Source of the DNA: an uncultured Actinomycetota bacterium
GTDB lineage: Bacteria; Actinomycetota; Thermoleophilia; RBG-16-64-13
DNA: 64,000 nucleotides
Assembly (NCBI GenBank): GCA_963822135.1
Contig: CAWGGI010000010.1
Span: forward strand, 385,674-449,673
Reading direction: 5' to 3'
The position numbers and the translations under genes are program-made. The notes beneath the pieces are model-generated. The model saw only the letters and a list, made by a program, of their open reading frames with translations. It did not search any database and had not been told where the DNA came from. This document shows, piece by piece, positions 9,902 to 20,746 of the stretch; position 1 is the stretch's first letter; each line of letters starts with the position of its first letter.

Positions 9902-10639
9902 CTAACCTGCGGGGCGGGAGATATGCGCCTCCGCCAGGGCTCTGTCGATCAAACCCTCCACCAGCGCGATGTGTTCGACCATCCTGGCGGAAGCGGTCTC
10001 GGGATCCTGGTTCCGTATGGCGTCGATGATGGCCTGGTGACTCTCGTTGACCTGGAGGGGCCGTTCCTCCAAGCGATCGAGGTCTATGGGGACGAACAGC
10101 TCGCCTCGGGCCGACATCATGGCCCGTTCCAGCCGGGGACTACGCGCCGCCTGAGCGATGGCCCTGTGGATGTCCATGTCGGTGCGGAACAGCGATGACC
10201 AGTCCTGCGGCTGCCGTTCCCCTGCCGCTCCTCTCTCCATGGCCTGGAGATCCTCGTCGGTACGCCGCATCGCGGCAAGAGCGGCGAGCTTCGACTCGAC
10301 CGTCGTCCGGAATTCGAAGATATCGTTCAATTCGCCAGCGTGCTCCTGCATCCACTGAGTCCAGCAGCGGGAGAGGGAGGCGGCGTCGGCCACGCGCGAA
10401 CCGCCGCGCGATCCGCGGGTGGTGACGATGTAGCCGGTACTCTCGAGGGCTTTGAGGGCCAGACGGAGGGTCATGCGCGAGATCCCCAGCCGGGCACCGA
10501 GGTCACGCTCAGGTGGAAGCTTGTCATCGGGCCCCAATTCTGCCGAAAAGATCAGGGCCCGCAGAAAGCGAACGGCGCTATCGCTGGCCGTCTCGGTCTC
10601 GAGGGCGATATCAGGTTGCGCCGCAGCTCGGTTCTCCAT
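9902..10639 (-). CDS. GntR-family transcriptional regulator, FadR-like (winged HTH plus FCD domain)
   Basis: LPPERDLGARLGISRMTLRLALKALESTGYIVTTRGSRGGSRV, followed by an all-helical C-terminal domain. Met at 10639 chosen over the longer ORF start. Confidence 0.85.
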   Translation of the reverse strand: MENRAAAQPDIALETETASDSAVRFLRALIFSAELGPDDKLPPERDLGARLGISRMTLRLALKALESTGYIVTTRGSRGGSRVADAASLSRCWTQWMQEHAGELNDIFEFRTTVESKLAALAAMRRTDEDLQAMERGAAGERQPQDWSSLFRTDMDIHRAIAQAARSPRLERAMMSARGELFVPIDLDRLEERPLQVNESHQAIIDAIRNQDPETASARMVEHIALVEGLIDRALAEAHISRPAG

Positions 10640-10663
10640 ACGCGCACCCCGCTGCTCACTGGT

Positions 10664-10691
10664 TTGGCATATAGTGATACCACTATACCAA
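10664..10691. promoter_or_regulatory. imperfect palindrome, candidate GntR operator
   Basis: TTGGCATATAGTG-ATAC-CACTATACCAA with a perfect core TATAGTG/CACTATA. It lies 25 nt upstream of the GntR start and abuts the divergent -35. Confidence 0.5.
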
Positions 10692-10700
10692 AGTGCCCTG

Positions 10701-10730
10701 CCTTGACAAGATGGTTCAAACATCTACTAT
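10701..10730 (+). promoter_or_regulatory. sigma-70-like promoter candidate
   Basis: CCTTGACA (10701-10708), spacer with ATGGTTCAAA (10711-10720), TACTAT (10725-10730, 16-nt spacing). Confidence 0.45.
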
Positions 10731-10827
10731 ATAGACCAACGACACGACTGCCACGGCGCGGCTCTGTTCCCAGGAACGGTCGCGCCTTCCTCAGCCCGTA
10801 GGACCCGAAAGAAGAGGTGACCAGAAC

Positions 10828-12157
10828 ATGGCCGCAAAGGGGCGTTCGCCAAGAACATCGAAGTCGCTCGCGTACCACGATCTGGAGGGCGGCCTGGTTT
10901 CCAGATGGCCATGCAGGAGGTGGCGGCCGGTTCTATCTTTACGCCGCCACTTCGAGCACTCCGGCTGGGCGATCCTCGATGTGACCGACCCGGCCAAACC
11001 AGAATACCTCAAGTTCGTCCCCGGCCCGGACGCTCACAGGTCAGGGCACGCCCAAGATCCAGGTGGCGGGCGGCCTCATGATAACCGCGCTCGGCGGGCA
11101 CGCTGCCGTTCCTTCACGCCACCGAGTGGGGCGACCCCTACGAGCAGGGAGTCTATCATCTGGGACGTCAAGGACCCGGTGAACCCCAAGCAGCTGTCGG
11201 AGTGGCACTGCGGCGGGATCGGCGGGGTGCACCGCTTCTTCTACAATGGCGGCCGCTACTGCCACCTGAGCGCGACGTACGACGGCTTCAGCGGCTACAT
11301 CTACGTGATCCTCGACCTGGTCGACCCGAAGCAACCCGGTGGAGGCCGGCAAGTGGTGGACTCCCGACCAGTTGATGGCCGGCACCAGACTCCCAAGGCG
11401 CGCCCGCCGCGGCGACGAGCAACTGGCCATGCTGGACGGGCCATGATGCACGGTCCGGCGTATCCCAAGGGCGAGTACTGGCTACGTGAGCTATGGCGGC
11501 GCCGGCATGGTCGTGCTCGACATGTCCGACATGAAGGTGCCGCAACTCATCGGTCAGCTGCGCATCATCCGCCCTTGCCGGCAAGCTGGCGGGCGCGCGC
11601 TGCCACACCGTGCTGCCCCTCTCCAAGCGGACTACGCGGTCATCACCAGCGAGGGCGAGCGCTTCCACGTCTGAGCAACGAGGAGGTCGTCAAGAGTCGG
11701 CAGCGCAGCCGGCTCAACATCCTGGGGATGGTGGACATCTCCGATCCCGACGGACCCCACCCTCGTCTCCGTCTTCCCCTATCCGGAAGTGCCCGCAGGC
11801 TAGCCTTACAAGAACTTCAACGAGATCCCCGGCTGTGGGTGTCGGGCCGTTCGGCCCGCACAACATCCACGAGCCCCACTACGATCCGGCTGCTCGAAGA
11901 CCGCAACGACCGCATCTACTGCGCTACTTCCACGCGGGTCTGCGGGTCTACGACATCAGCGACCCCTTCGTTCCCAAAGAGATCGCCTACTTCATACCGC
12001 CGGACCCGGCGAAGTGGGCCTTCAACAACGCAGACCGGCGATGCCTTCCCCGGTCCGCGCATGGGCACGACCGAGGACGTCGTTGGTGGACAGGCGGGGC
12101 AACATCTTCGTCGACACCAGCACGCGAGGGCTGTACGTGCTGCGCTGCACGGTATGA
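10828..12157 (+). pseudogene. LVIVD-repeat (beta-propeller) protein gene broken by at least 8 frame changes
   Basis: Homologous pieces are scattered over three frames: AYHDLEG; SGWAILDVTDPAKPEYLKFVPGP; IIWDVKDPVNPKQL..GGIGGVHRFFYNGGRYCHLSATYDGFSGYIYVILDLVDPKQP; SYGGAGMVVLDMSDMKVPQLIG; LNILGMVDISDPD; GPFGPHNIHEP; YFHAGLRVYDISDPFVPKEIAYFIPPDP; GLYVLRC. Confidence 0.6.
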
Positions 12158-12206
12158 CGGCGCCGGGCAGACCCCGCGGCGAAGCCTTGGAGGTCGGCGA
12201 GCAGCA

Positions 12207-12237
12207 CCTTGCGCCTAAAGGTTCAAGGAGTACCATT
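12207..12237 (+). promoter_or_regulatory. weaker third copy of the CCTTG..GGTTCAA promoter-like element
   Basis: CCTTGCGC (12207-12214), CTA, AAGGTTCAAG (12218-12227). The -10 is poor (ACCATT). Confidence 0.3.
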
Positions 12238-12271
12238 AGACATATACACGACGAGCGATAGGGGAGAGACC

Positions 12272-14422
12272 GTGGCAAGCGACATCATCAAGGCCGCCTT
12301 GGCCGCCGGTAGGACGGCGCTTGACGAGCGGGAGGCCAAGAGCCTCTTCGCCGCCTACGGGATACCCGTGCCCCAGGGGGAGCTGGTGACGAGCGAGGCC
12401 GAGGCCGTCGCGGCAGCCGCCCGCATCGGCGGTCGGGTGGTCATGAAGGGCGTGGCTTCCGAGATCCATCACAAGACCGAGGCGGGTCTGGTGGTGCTCG
12501 GCGTGGATGCCGACGACGCCGACGCGGTGGGCCGGACCTATCGCCTGTTGGAAGAGCGGGCGGCCGGGGCTTTGGAAGCGGTGCTGGTCGAGCAGATGAT
12601 CGCCGGTAACCGCGAGTTCATGGTGGGCATGAAACGGGACCACGCCTTCGGACCGGTGGTGGCCTTCGGCCTGGGTGGGGTGCTCACCGAAGCGCTGGGC
12701 GACGTGGCGCTGGCCGTCGCTCCGCTCGATGATCATGACGCTGAGGGGCTGCCCGCCCTGATCAAGGCGAAGCGCCTGCTCGGCTCCTTCCGCGGGTATC
12801 CGCCGGTGGACCGGGCAGCGCTCTCCAGGATCCTTCAGGCGGTTGGGCAGATGGCCCTCGACCATCCCGAGATCGCCGAGATCGACGTCAACCCGCTGAT
12901 GGTGGAGGGCGACCGGCCGGTGGCGGCGGACGCCCTCGTCATCCTTTCCGGCCCATCTGCTTCGGAGCCGGAGCGGAGTCGGTTCATCCCCAACATCAAG
13001 GCCCTGGTGGCGCCCCGTTCGATGGCGGTGGTGGGCGCCTCCGGTGACGTGAACAAGTGGGGTGGGTCGGCAGTACGCTCCATCATCGACGGCGGCTACA
13101 CCGGCACCGTCTACCCGGTCAATCCCAAGGGCGGGGAGTTCTTCGGGCTGAAGGCCTACCCGAGCCTGGAGGAACTGCCCGAGGCTCCCGACCTGGCCCT
13201 GCTGGCGGTGGGCGGTCACCAGATCGCCCCCATGCTCGAGCAGTGCGGGCGCAAGGGCATCCCCGCCGCCATCGCCATCGCGGCAGGCTTCTCGCGAGAC
13301 CGGCGAGAGCGGGGCCGAGGCCGAGCGGGAGATCGCCCGGATCGCCACCGAGAACGGCGTCACGCTCATGGGCCCCAACTGCATGGGGATGATCTCCAAC
13401 GAGGTCGGTCTGCATGCGGTGGGGTTCGTCAGGTCTTCATCCGTCCAAGGGCACGCTGAGCTTCGTCTCCCAATCGGGCAACATGGGGACACCAGACCAC
13501 AGCTGCCTGTCAGCGGCGGGGCATCGGCATCGACAAGATCGCTGAGCGTGGGAAACGAGGCCCAGATCGGCGCGATCGACATCCTCGACTACCTTCGGGA
13601 CGATCCGAACACCACGTGCGTCATGATGTACATGGAAGGCATCGACGACGGGCGGCGCTTCCTGGAGGTGGCCCGCCGCACGACGGCGGTCAAGCCGGTC
13701 GTGGTGCTGCGTGCGGGGCTGACGGAGTACGGCAGCAGAGCGGCGGCCTCGCACACGGGCGCGATGGCCGGCATCGCGGCCGTCTGGGAGGCGGCGGCAC
13801 GGCAGTCCGGGGTGGTCACCTGCACCAGCACGCAAGAGGTGGTCGACCTCGGCACCTGCCTGGCCTACATACCCGGTGCCCAAGGGGCGGCGGGTGGCCG
13901 TGGTGACCAACGGCGGGGGCGCCGGTGTGATGACCGCCGACGAGGTGGCCCGGCACGGGTCTGCAGCTGGCGGAGTTCCCACCCGAGCTCTACGCGGCGC
14001 TGGACGCGCTCCTGCCGCCATTCTGGAGCAAGCACAACCCCCTGGACATGGTCGCCTCTGCGGGCGGCGACGTCGGGCCTCGAGTGCTCCGGCTGGTGGC
14101 CGAGTGCGACGCGGTCGACGCCGTCGTCGTGCTCTCCTGCCTGGGCGTGCCCAACAGCGGCAGCGACGAGCGGGCAGTCGGCGCCACCGGGGAGTTCCTC
14201 GAGCTGAGCCCGTGGGAGGCCGCCTTCCTGGAACTGGCCGCCGACCTCATGGAGACCACGGGCAAGCCCATCATCAACGTACCCGACCTCCCCATCCAGA
14301 AGTCGGTGTTCGACGTCGGCCGGCGCTACAAGCCGATCGTTCTCGGGACCCCGCAGGCGGCCGTGCGGGCGCTCGATCGGATGGAGTGGTATGGTGCCTA
14401 CCGGCGCGCGCGCGGAGCATGA
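12272..14422 (+). CDS. ADP-forming acyl-CoA synthetase (ATP-grasp then CoA-binding/ligase); about 6 frame changes (about 13295, 13432, 13490, 13540, 13885, 14040)
   Basis: GTG start after GGGGAGAG. EREAKSLFAAYGIPVP..VVMKGV..HKTEAGLV (ATP-grasp), MAVVGASGDVNKWGG, GPNCMGMISNE, SFVSQSGNMG, ASHTGAMAG, VAVVTNGGGAGV. Pieces lie in ORFs 12209, 13368, 13876 and 14048. Confidence 0.85.
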
Positions 14423-14504
14423 GCGCCGCGCCCGACGTGACGAAAGCGGACCGTGCTGAACGGGCCGTTGGACCGAATGAATCCCTGTGCAAGGTGGAGG
14501 AGAT

Positions 14505-16368
14505 ATGGCAGTCAATGTAGAGACAGAACACGCGGTCGAGATCCTATCGGGCAACGAGGCGATAGCCCGCGGCGCTTGGGAAGCCGGCGTCAGGCTGGCC
14601 GCAGCCTATCCGGGCACGCCGAGCACCGAGATCCTGGAGGAGCTGGCCAGTACAAGGAGATCTACTCCGAGTGGTCGCCCAACGAGAAGGTGGCCATGGA
14701 AGTGGGCATCGGCGCCTCGATGGCCGGCGGCCGGGCGCTCGTGTGCATGAAGCACGTGGGTCTCAACGTGGCGGCCGACCCCTTCTTCTCCTCGTCCTAC
14801 ATCGGTCTGGAAGCGGGCATCGTGGTGGTCTCGGCCGACGACCCGGGAATGCACAGCTCCCAGGACGAGCAGGACAACCGCAACTATGCCAAGTTCGCCC
14901 GGGTGCCCCTGCTGGAGCCCTCCGACAGCGGCGAGGCCAAGGACTTCATGGTCGGGGCCTACGAACTCTCCGAGCGCTTCGACACCCCGGTGCTCTTCCG
15001 CACCACCACGCGGACGTCACACTCCAAGAGCCTGGTCACCTTCGGCGAGCGCACTGCGACCCAAGCCGGTGGTCAAGCTCAAGCGCAACTGGACCAAGTA
15101 CACCATGATGCCGGCCAACGCCATCGCCCGGCACGTCGTGGTCGAGCAGCGGGTGCTCGACCTGGCGGAGTACGCAGAGGATTGTCCGTTCAACCGCATC
15201 GAGATGGGCGACACCAAGGTCGGGCATCATCACCTCGGGCTCGGCGTACGGTTACACCCGGGAGGCTCTCCCGGACGCGAGCTATCCTCAAGATGGGCAT
15301 GACCTATCCCCTGCCCAAGAAGATGATCGCCGACTTCCGCGCCGGGTGGAGAAGCTGTACATCGTCGAGGAACTCGATCCCGTTCCTCGAAGACGCCATC
15401 CGGCTCATGGGCATCGAGATCGACGGAGGCAAGGAGCTCAACACCCTCCTGGGCGAGATCAGTCCCAAGTCGGTGGCCGAGTCGCTGGCCAGGGCCGGCG
15501 TGCCCGGCGTCACTCCCGATCTGCTGGTGGACGTGCGCGACGCAGCCGAGGGCCTTCCCAGCCGGCCGCCGACGCTGTGCCCCGGGTGCTCGCATCGCGG
15601 CGTCTTCACGGTGCTCAAGAAGCTGCGCGTGTTCGTGAGCGGCGACATCGGCTGCTACACCCTGGGGGCGCTGCGAACCGTTCAACTCGGTGCACTGCCA
15701 GCACCTGCATGGGGGCCAGCATCAGCATGGCCCACGGTATGAGCAAGGTGCAGGCGGAACCCGAGGCACCTGCCGCAGGGGCTCGGCCGGACTACCGCAA
15801 CAAAGTGGTGGGCATCATCGGCGACAGCACCTTCTATCACTCCGGGATCACCTCCCTGATGGACGTGGCCTACAACAAGCGGCAAGACGCTCAGCATCAT
15901 CGTCGACAACTCGACCACCGCCATGACCGGCGGCCAGGAGAACCCCGGAACCGGCAAGACCCTGCTGGGCGAGCCCTCCCAGTCGGTGGACCTGGAAGCC
16001 CTGGTCCGGGCGCTCGGGATCAAGCGGGTCGACAACCATCGACGATCCCTACGACCTCGAACTGGTCGAGCGGGTGCTTCGCGAAGAGCTGGCTGCCGAG
16101 GAGGCCTCGGTGGTCATCGCCAAGTACCCGTGCGTCCTCCAGTTCAAGATCAGGCGGCCCATCTATCAGGTGGACGCCGAGCTCTGCATCGGCTGCAAGC
16201 GCTGCCTGCAGGCGGGCTGCATGGCGCTCAACCTGGTCGTGGACGCCCAACGGCGACCGCAAAGTGGAGATCGACCCGGCGCAGTGCAACGGCTGCGGCG
16301 TCTGCGCCCAGCTGTGCAAAGAGGATGCCATCGCCCGACCGGCGCCGGCTGAAGGAGGGAAGGCCTGA
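14505..16368 (+). CDS. iorA: indolepyruvate:ferredoxin oxidoreductase alpha subunit; about 11 frame changes
   Basis: [91 protein letters not shown], and C-terminal 2x[4Fe-4S] motifs [12 protein letters not shown] / [11 protein letters not shown]. Confidence 0.85.
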
Positions 16369-16988
16369 TGACCGCTCGTCCCACCATCAACATGCTGCTC
16401 TCCGGCGTGGGCGGCCAGGGAGTCGTCCTGGCCAGCTTCGTGCTCAGCCACGTGGCCATCGAGGAAGGCTACGACGTCAAGCAGAGCGAAGTGCACGGCA
16501 TGAGCCAGCGGGGCGGCAGCGTGACCAGCCACTTCCGCTTCGGTGACAAGGTCTGGGCTCCGCTGGTGTCGCCCGGTTCCGCCGACATCCTCATGGCCTT
16601 CGAGTCGCTCGAGGCGCTCAGGTACGTCCACTGGCTCAAGCCCGGCGGCCTGCTGGTCTACAACTCCCAGAAGATCAATCCCAGCCCGGTCGCGGCCGGT
16701 CTGGCGACCTATCCGGAAGAGATCGACGCCAAGATCACCGCCGCCTGGCCGCGGGTACAGTGCGTCAAGGCCAACGAGCTCGCCATCCAGGCGGGCACCG
16801 TCAAATCGGCCAACGTGGTGATGCTGGGCGCAGTGTCGCCCGCTCTGCCCTTCAAGGCCGAGACCTGGGAAGCGGTCATCCGCAAGGCGGTCCCGCCCAA
16901 GAGCATCGACGTCAACCTGGAAGCATTCCGTCTAGGAGTGGCGACCGCCGCGGCGCCGGCCGCCTCGTGCGCGACAAGCGGGGCTTGA
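16368..16988 (+). CDS. iorB: indolepyruvate:ferredoxin oxidoreductase beta subunit
   Basis: Intact ORF with ATGA overlap to iorA. INMLLSGVGGQGVVLAS..EVHGMSQRGGSV. Confidence 0.85.
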   Translation: MTARPTINMLLSGVGGQGVVLASFVLSHVAIEEGYDVKQSEVHGMSQRGGSVTSHFRFGDKVWAPLVSPGSADILMAFESLEALRYVHWLKPGGLLVYNSQKINPSPVAAGLATYPEEIDAKITAAWPRVQCVKANELAIQAGTVKSANVVMLGAVSPALPFKAETWEAVIRKAVPPKSIDVNLEAFRLGVATAAAPAASCATSGA

Positions 16989-17079
16989 CCCGTGCCGGAT
17001 GACCGGCCGGGCATAAGGCGCGACCGCCCCTCGGCGTCGCACCGCCGGCGCGCGTCCTCCTCGACCTGACCGGCATGAC

Positions 17080-18373
17080 ATGAGCTTCACTCACAGCCCG
17101 CGCTACAGGTGGGTCGTGCTGGCCATGGGCTTTCTGGCCGTCTTCGGCGCGCTCGGCTTCGGACGGTTCGGCTACAGCGCGATCCTCCCCTCCATGCAGG
17201 AGAGCCTCGGCATCAGCAGTGCTGCGGCCGGCTCGCTGGCTTCGTGGAATCTGGGGGGCTACGTCATCATGGCGGCCGTCGGAGGGCTGTTGGCCTCCCG
17301 CTTCGGTTCGCGGCAAGGTGGTGGCGGCAGGCTCCATCACGGCGGCCGTAGGCATGCTGCTGACCGGATTGGCCACCGGGCTGGTCTCGGCCTCTGCGGC
17401 TCGGCTCTTGACCGGTCTGGGCAGCGGTTGCGTGCTGGTGCCCTCGGTGGCCCTCATGTCGGCGTGGTTCGATGTGCGGCGCCGGGGTATGGCCTCCGGC
17501 ATCGTCACGTCCGGCTCTTCTCTGGCCCTCGTCATCACCGGCCCGCTCGTGCCCGCCATCATCGCCGCCGGGGGCCTGGAGGGGTGGAGATCCGCCTGGT
17601 ACTTCTTCGCAGGACTCACCTTCTTGGTCGGCGTCCTCACCCTGGTCTTCCAGCGTGACCGTCCCTATTCCGCGGTTGCCAAGACGCGACCCGGCCGCGG
17701 GTCGAAGTCCCGTTTGGACCTGGGCAGCGTTGTCCGCTCCCGGTATGCCTGGCACCTGGGCTTCGTGTACCTGATGTTCGGCTTTGCGTACATGGTCTAC
17801 TTCACCTTCTTCCAGAAGCGACTCACCGCGGATCTCGGGTTCAGCAGCAGCGCCGCCGGCCGGCTCTTTCTGGTGGTCGGTGTGGTGAGCCTGGTATGCG
17901 GCGTGCTCTGGGGAGTGGTCTCCGACCGCATCGGTCGGGGAAGGGCCATCGCCGCCATGTGCTTCCTGCAGGCGGTCGCGGCCGTTCTCTTCGCCTGGTG
18001 GCCGGCAACTCCCGGGCTTGTCCTGTCGGCGATCCTCTTCGGGTTGACCTCCCTGGCAGTCCCCGGCATCGTCGGAGCCGGCTGCGGCGACCAGTTCGGT
18101 CCGGTGCTGGCCTCGGCGTCCCTCGGGTTCGTCACCATCTTCCTCGGTATCGGCCAGGTCCTGGGCCCGTACCTAGGCGGGAGGCTCGCGGACACGTACG
18201 GCACGCTCGACTATTCTTATCTCATGGCCGCGGGGGTGTTCTTCCTGGGGGCCGTTCTCGCGGCGCTGCTGAGAGAGACCGGGTGGAAGACCGCGATCGG
18301 CGCCCGGCAGGTGGCATTCAGGTCCTCAGGAGAGGCAAAGGCCGGGGAGACGCAACCGGCAGAAGGGGTGTGA
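17080..18373 (+). CDS. MFS transporter (YbfB/YjiJ-like); frame change near 17310
   Basis: Twelve-TM-type hydrophobic pattern. FGRFGYSAILPSMQESLG.. matches the family N-terminus. Continues in ORF 17219..18373. Confidence 0.7.
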
Positions 18374-18374
18374 C

Positions 18375-18812
18375 GTGAACAGTGGCGAGGTGCTTGGCGC
18401 GTCCAGCGCCGTGTCCGGTCTCCGCCCGGATCACGCGGGCATAAGCGTGGCCGATCTGGAGGCGTCTATCGCCTGGTACTGCGAAATGCTCGGCTTTTCC
18501 GTCGATCGTGTCGTCGACGTTCCCGGGGATGCCGGCCGTGTGGCGCTGATCCGGCACGGTGACTTCATCCTCGAGCTCTTCGCCATCCCGGGGGCGGCTC
18601 CCCTTCCCGAAGAGCGCCGGCACCCGTCCACCGACCTGCGCACGCACGGCATCAAACATGTCGCGTACGCCATCGGCGACATCCGCGCCCTCATGGACGA
18701 GCTCAAGACGAAGGGCGTAGATGTCGTGTGGGACGTGGTGATGCACGATCACACCCTGTGCGCGTTCGTGCGCGATAACTCAGGCAATCTCGTCGAGTTC
18801 GTAGAGCGGTAG
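18375..18812 (+). CDS. VOC/glyoxalase-family protein
   Basis: HAGISVADLEASIAWYCEMLGF..HGDFILELF..GIKHVAYAI.. is a typical paired beta-alpha-beta-beta-beta fold signature. Confidence 0.75.
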   Translation: MNSGEVLGASSAVSGLRPDHAGISVADLEASIAWYCEMLGFSVDRVVDVPGDAGRVALIRHGDFILELFAIPGAAPLPEERRHPSTDLRTHGIKHVAYAIGDIRALMDELKTKGVDVVWDVVMHDHTLCAFVRDNSGNLVEFVER

Positions 18813-18854
18813 TCGCGCCGCAGACCGACACGGCCGAGGGACCCGAGTCACCTC

Positions 18855-18872
18855 CTGGTATACTCATACCAG
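18855..18872. promoter_or_regulatory. perfect 7-4-7 inverted repeat, FadR/GntR-type operator candidate
   Basis: CTGGTAT-ACTC-ATACCAG upstream of the 3-hydroxyacyl-CoA dehydrogenase gene. It fits the TGGT..ACCA pattern of FadR-subfamily sites. Confidence 0.4.
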
Positions 18873-18892
18873 TTTCCGAATACCCAGCGAGC

Positions 18893-19888
18893 ATGCGCAG
18901 ATCCCCACGCGGACGCTTGGGAGCCGAGGTGCAGCTACAGCAAATCCAGAAGATCGCGATATTCGGAGCGGGGACCATGGGGCCGGGTCTGGCCCAGGTG
19001 TTCGCCACGGCGGGTTACCAGGTCGCCCTCCACTCGCGGACCGCCGAGACCCTCGACAGGGCGATGGCGATCATCCGCACGAACCTGGCGACGTTCGTCG
19101 ATCGCGGTCTCGTCGAGGAGGCTGCTGTCCCGGTCATCGCAGAGCGGATCGTGCCCACCCGCTCGCTCGAGGAGGCGGCGAGTGACGCCGGTCTCGTCGT
19201 GGAGACCATCGTGGAGAACCGCGAGGCGAAGCAGGCTCTGTGCGAACGCCTCGATGAGGTATGCGCCGAGGATGCCATCCTCACGAGCGACACCTCCTAC
19301 CTGAACATCTTCGAGATCATGCCCGCGCGAAGGCTGCCGCGGACGATCATCGCCCACTGGTTCGCCCCGCCGCACATCGTCCCGCTGGTGGAGGTGGTCA
19401 GAGGCCCAGAGACGACGCAGGAGACGGTGGACGTCGTCGTGGGGCTCATCGAGCGGGTGGGGCATATCCCCTCGGTCATGGAGAAGTTCGTCCCCGGCTT
19501 CTGCATCAACCGGTTGCTGCGCGCTATCGGTCGGGAGGTGTTCTTTCTGCTGGACAACGGCTACATGACGGCCGAGCAACTGGATGTGGCGGTCAAGGCG
19601 AGTATCATCCCACGGGCGATGGTGTTGGGCTTTGTCCAGAGGTATGACTTCACCGGGCTGGATCTAGCCTACGCCAACCTCAAGAACGAGGCCTTCATCG
19701 AGGCGCCGGTGGACAACGACCCCCGCAGTCTGGCGGAGCGGGTCGAGGCCGGAGAACTGGGCGTGAAGACCGGCAAGGGCTTCTTCGACTATCACGGGCG
19801 CTCCCTCCAGCAGGTGCTCCATGAGCGCGACAGCGCGATGCTCGACGTGTTCGGTGACATGAGAGATCTGATCCACAAGCGGATATAG
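18893..19888 (+). CDS. 3-hydroxyacyl-CoA (3-hydroxybutyryl-CoA) dehydrogenase family; the true start is possibly GTG 18929
   Basis: IQKIAIFGAGTMGPGLAQVFA (NAD-binding motif) plus the C-terminal 3HCDH domain (..WFAPPHIVPLVEVV..). Confidence 0.8.
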   Translation: MRRSPRGRLGAEVQLQQIQKIAIFGAGTMGPGLAQVFATAGYQVALHSRTAETLDRAMAIIRTNLATFVDRGLVEEAAVPVIAERIVPTRSLEEAASDAGLVVETIVENREAKQALCERLDEVCAEDAILTSDTSYLNIFEIMPARRLPRTIIAHWFAPPHIVPLVEVVRGPETTQETVDVVVGLIERVGHIPSVMEKFVPGFCINRLLRAIGREVFFLLDNGYMTAEQLDVAVKASIIPRAMVLGFVQRYDFTGLDLAYANLKNEAFIEAPVDNDPRSLAERVEAGELGVKTGKGFFDYHGRSLQQVLHERDSAMLDVFGDMRDLIHKRI

Positions 19889-19904
19889 ACCAGGGAGGAC
19901 AAGC

Positions 19905-20711
19905 ATGGACATGCCGGCGAAACCAAAGGTGGAAGACCTCGACGACCTCTTCTCGCTCAAGGGCAAGAACGCTGTGGTCGTGGGCGGTGCCGGGGGCATC
20001 GGCCGGGGGCTCGCCGGGGGCCTGGTGAGGTACGGCGCCCAGGTGGCTATCGCCGACATCAACCTGACTGGTCTCGAAAGCGCAGTGGCCGACCTGCAGG
20101 AGTTCACGGGACAGACGGTCAAGGCCTACCGGGTCGATACGGGTCAGGAGAGCAGCGTCGAGGAACTGGTGGCCAGCGCGGTGGCCGATATGGGATCGGT
20201 GAACATCCTCATCAACGCCCAGGGCTTCAATGTCAAGGCGCCTGCCACCGAGTTCCCTGTCGCGGATTGGGACAAGCTCTTCGCCGTCAACGTGCGGGGA
20301 GTGATGCTCTGCTGCAAGCACTTCGCCGCCCACATGGCGGCGCAGGGCGGGGGCAAGATCATCAACCTGTCGTCCATCCGCGGGGCCCGGGCCGCGCTGG
20401 GCGGCAACCTGGCCTACTGCGCCAGCAAGGGTGCCATCGATATGATGACCAAGCAACTGGCGGTCGAGCTGGCCTCCAAGAGGGTGCTGGTCAACGCCAT
20501 CGCGCCGATCATCACCATCACCCCGATGACCGAGGAACGAGTCAAACGGGAAGCCGACCGCTACGAGAAGATGCTCGTGAACGTGCCCATGGGCCGCATG
20601 GGAACCGTCCAAGATCTGATCGGGCCGGCGATCTTCCTCGCCTCGGCTGCTTCGAACTTCGTCACGGGGACCATCCTGTATCCCGACGGCGGGACCATGG
20701 CCTTCGTGTAG
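19905..20711 (+). CDS. SDR-family oxidoreductase
   Basis: RBS GGGAGGA. KGKNAVVVGGAGGIGRG, NLSS..Y.ASKGA catalytic motif, GTILYPDGG C-terminus. Confidence 0.85.
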   Translation: MDMPAKPKVEDLDDLFSLKGKNAVVVGGAGGIGRGLAGGLVRYGAQVAIADINLTGLESAVADLQEFTGQTVKAYRVDTGQESSVEELVASAVADMGSVNILINAQGFNVKAPATEFPVADWDKLFAVNVRGVMLCCKHFAAHMAAQGGGKIINLSSIRGARAALGGNLAYCASKGAIDMMTKQLAVELASKRVLVNAIAPIITITPMTEERVKREADRYEKMLVNVPMGRMGTVQDLIGPAIFLASAASNFVTGTILYPDGGTMAFV

Positions 20712-20746
20712 CCGCTCTCCGCGGGTCGAACGCCAAGCCCTAGACA

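Noticed and set aside
9764-10198. ORF translating the 18-bp repeat as GRRGPGGRRGPGG..
   Set aside because: It overlaps the GntR gene antisense and has no start context or homology. The repeat is better explained as intergenic DNA.
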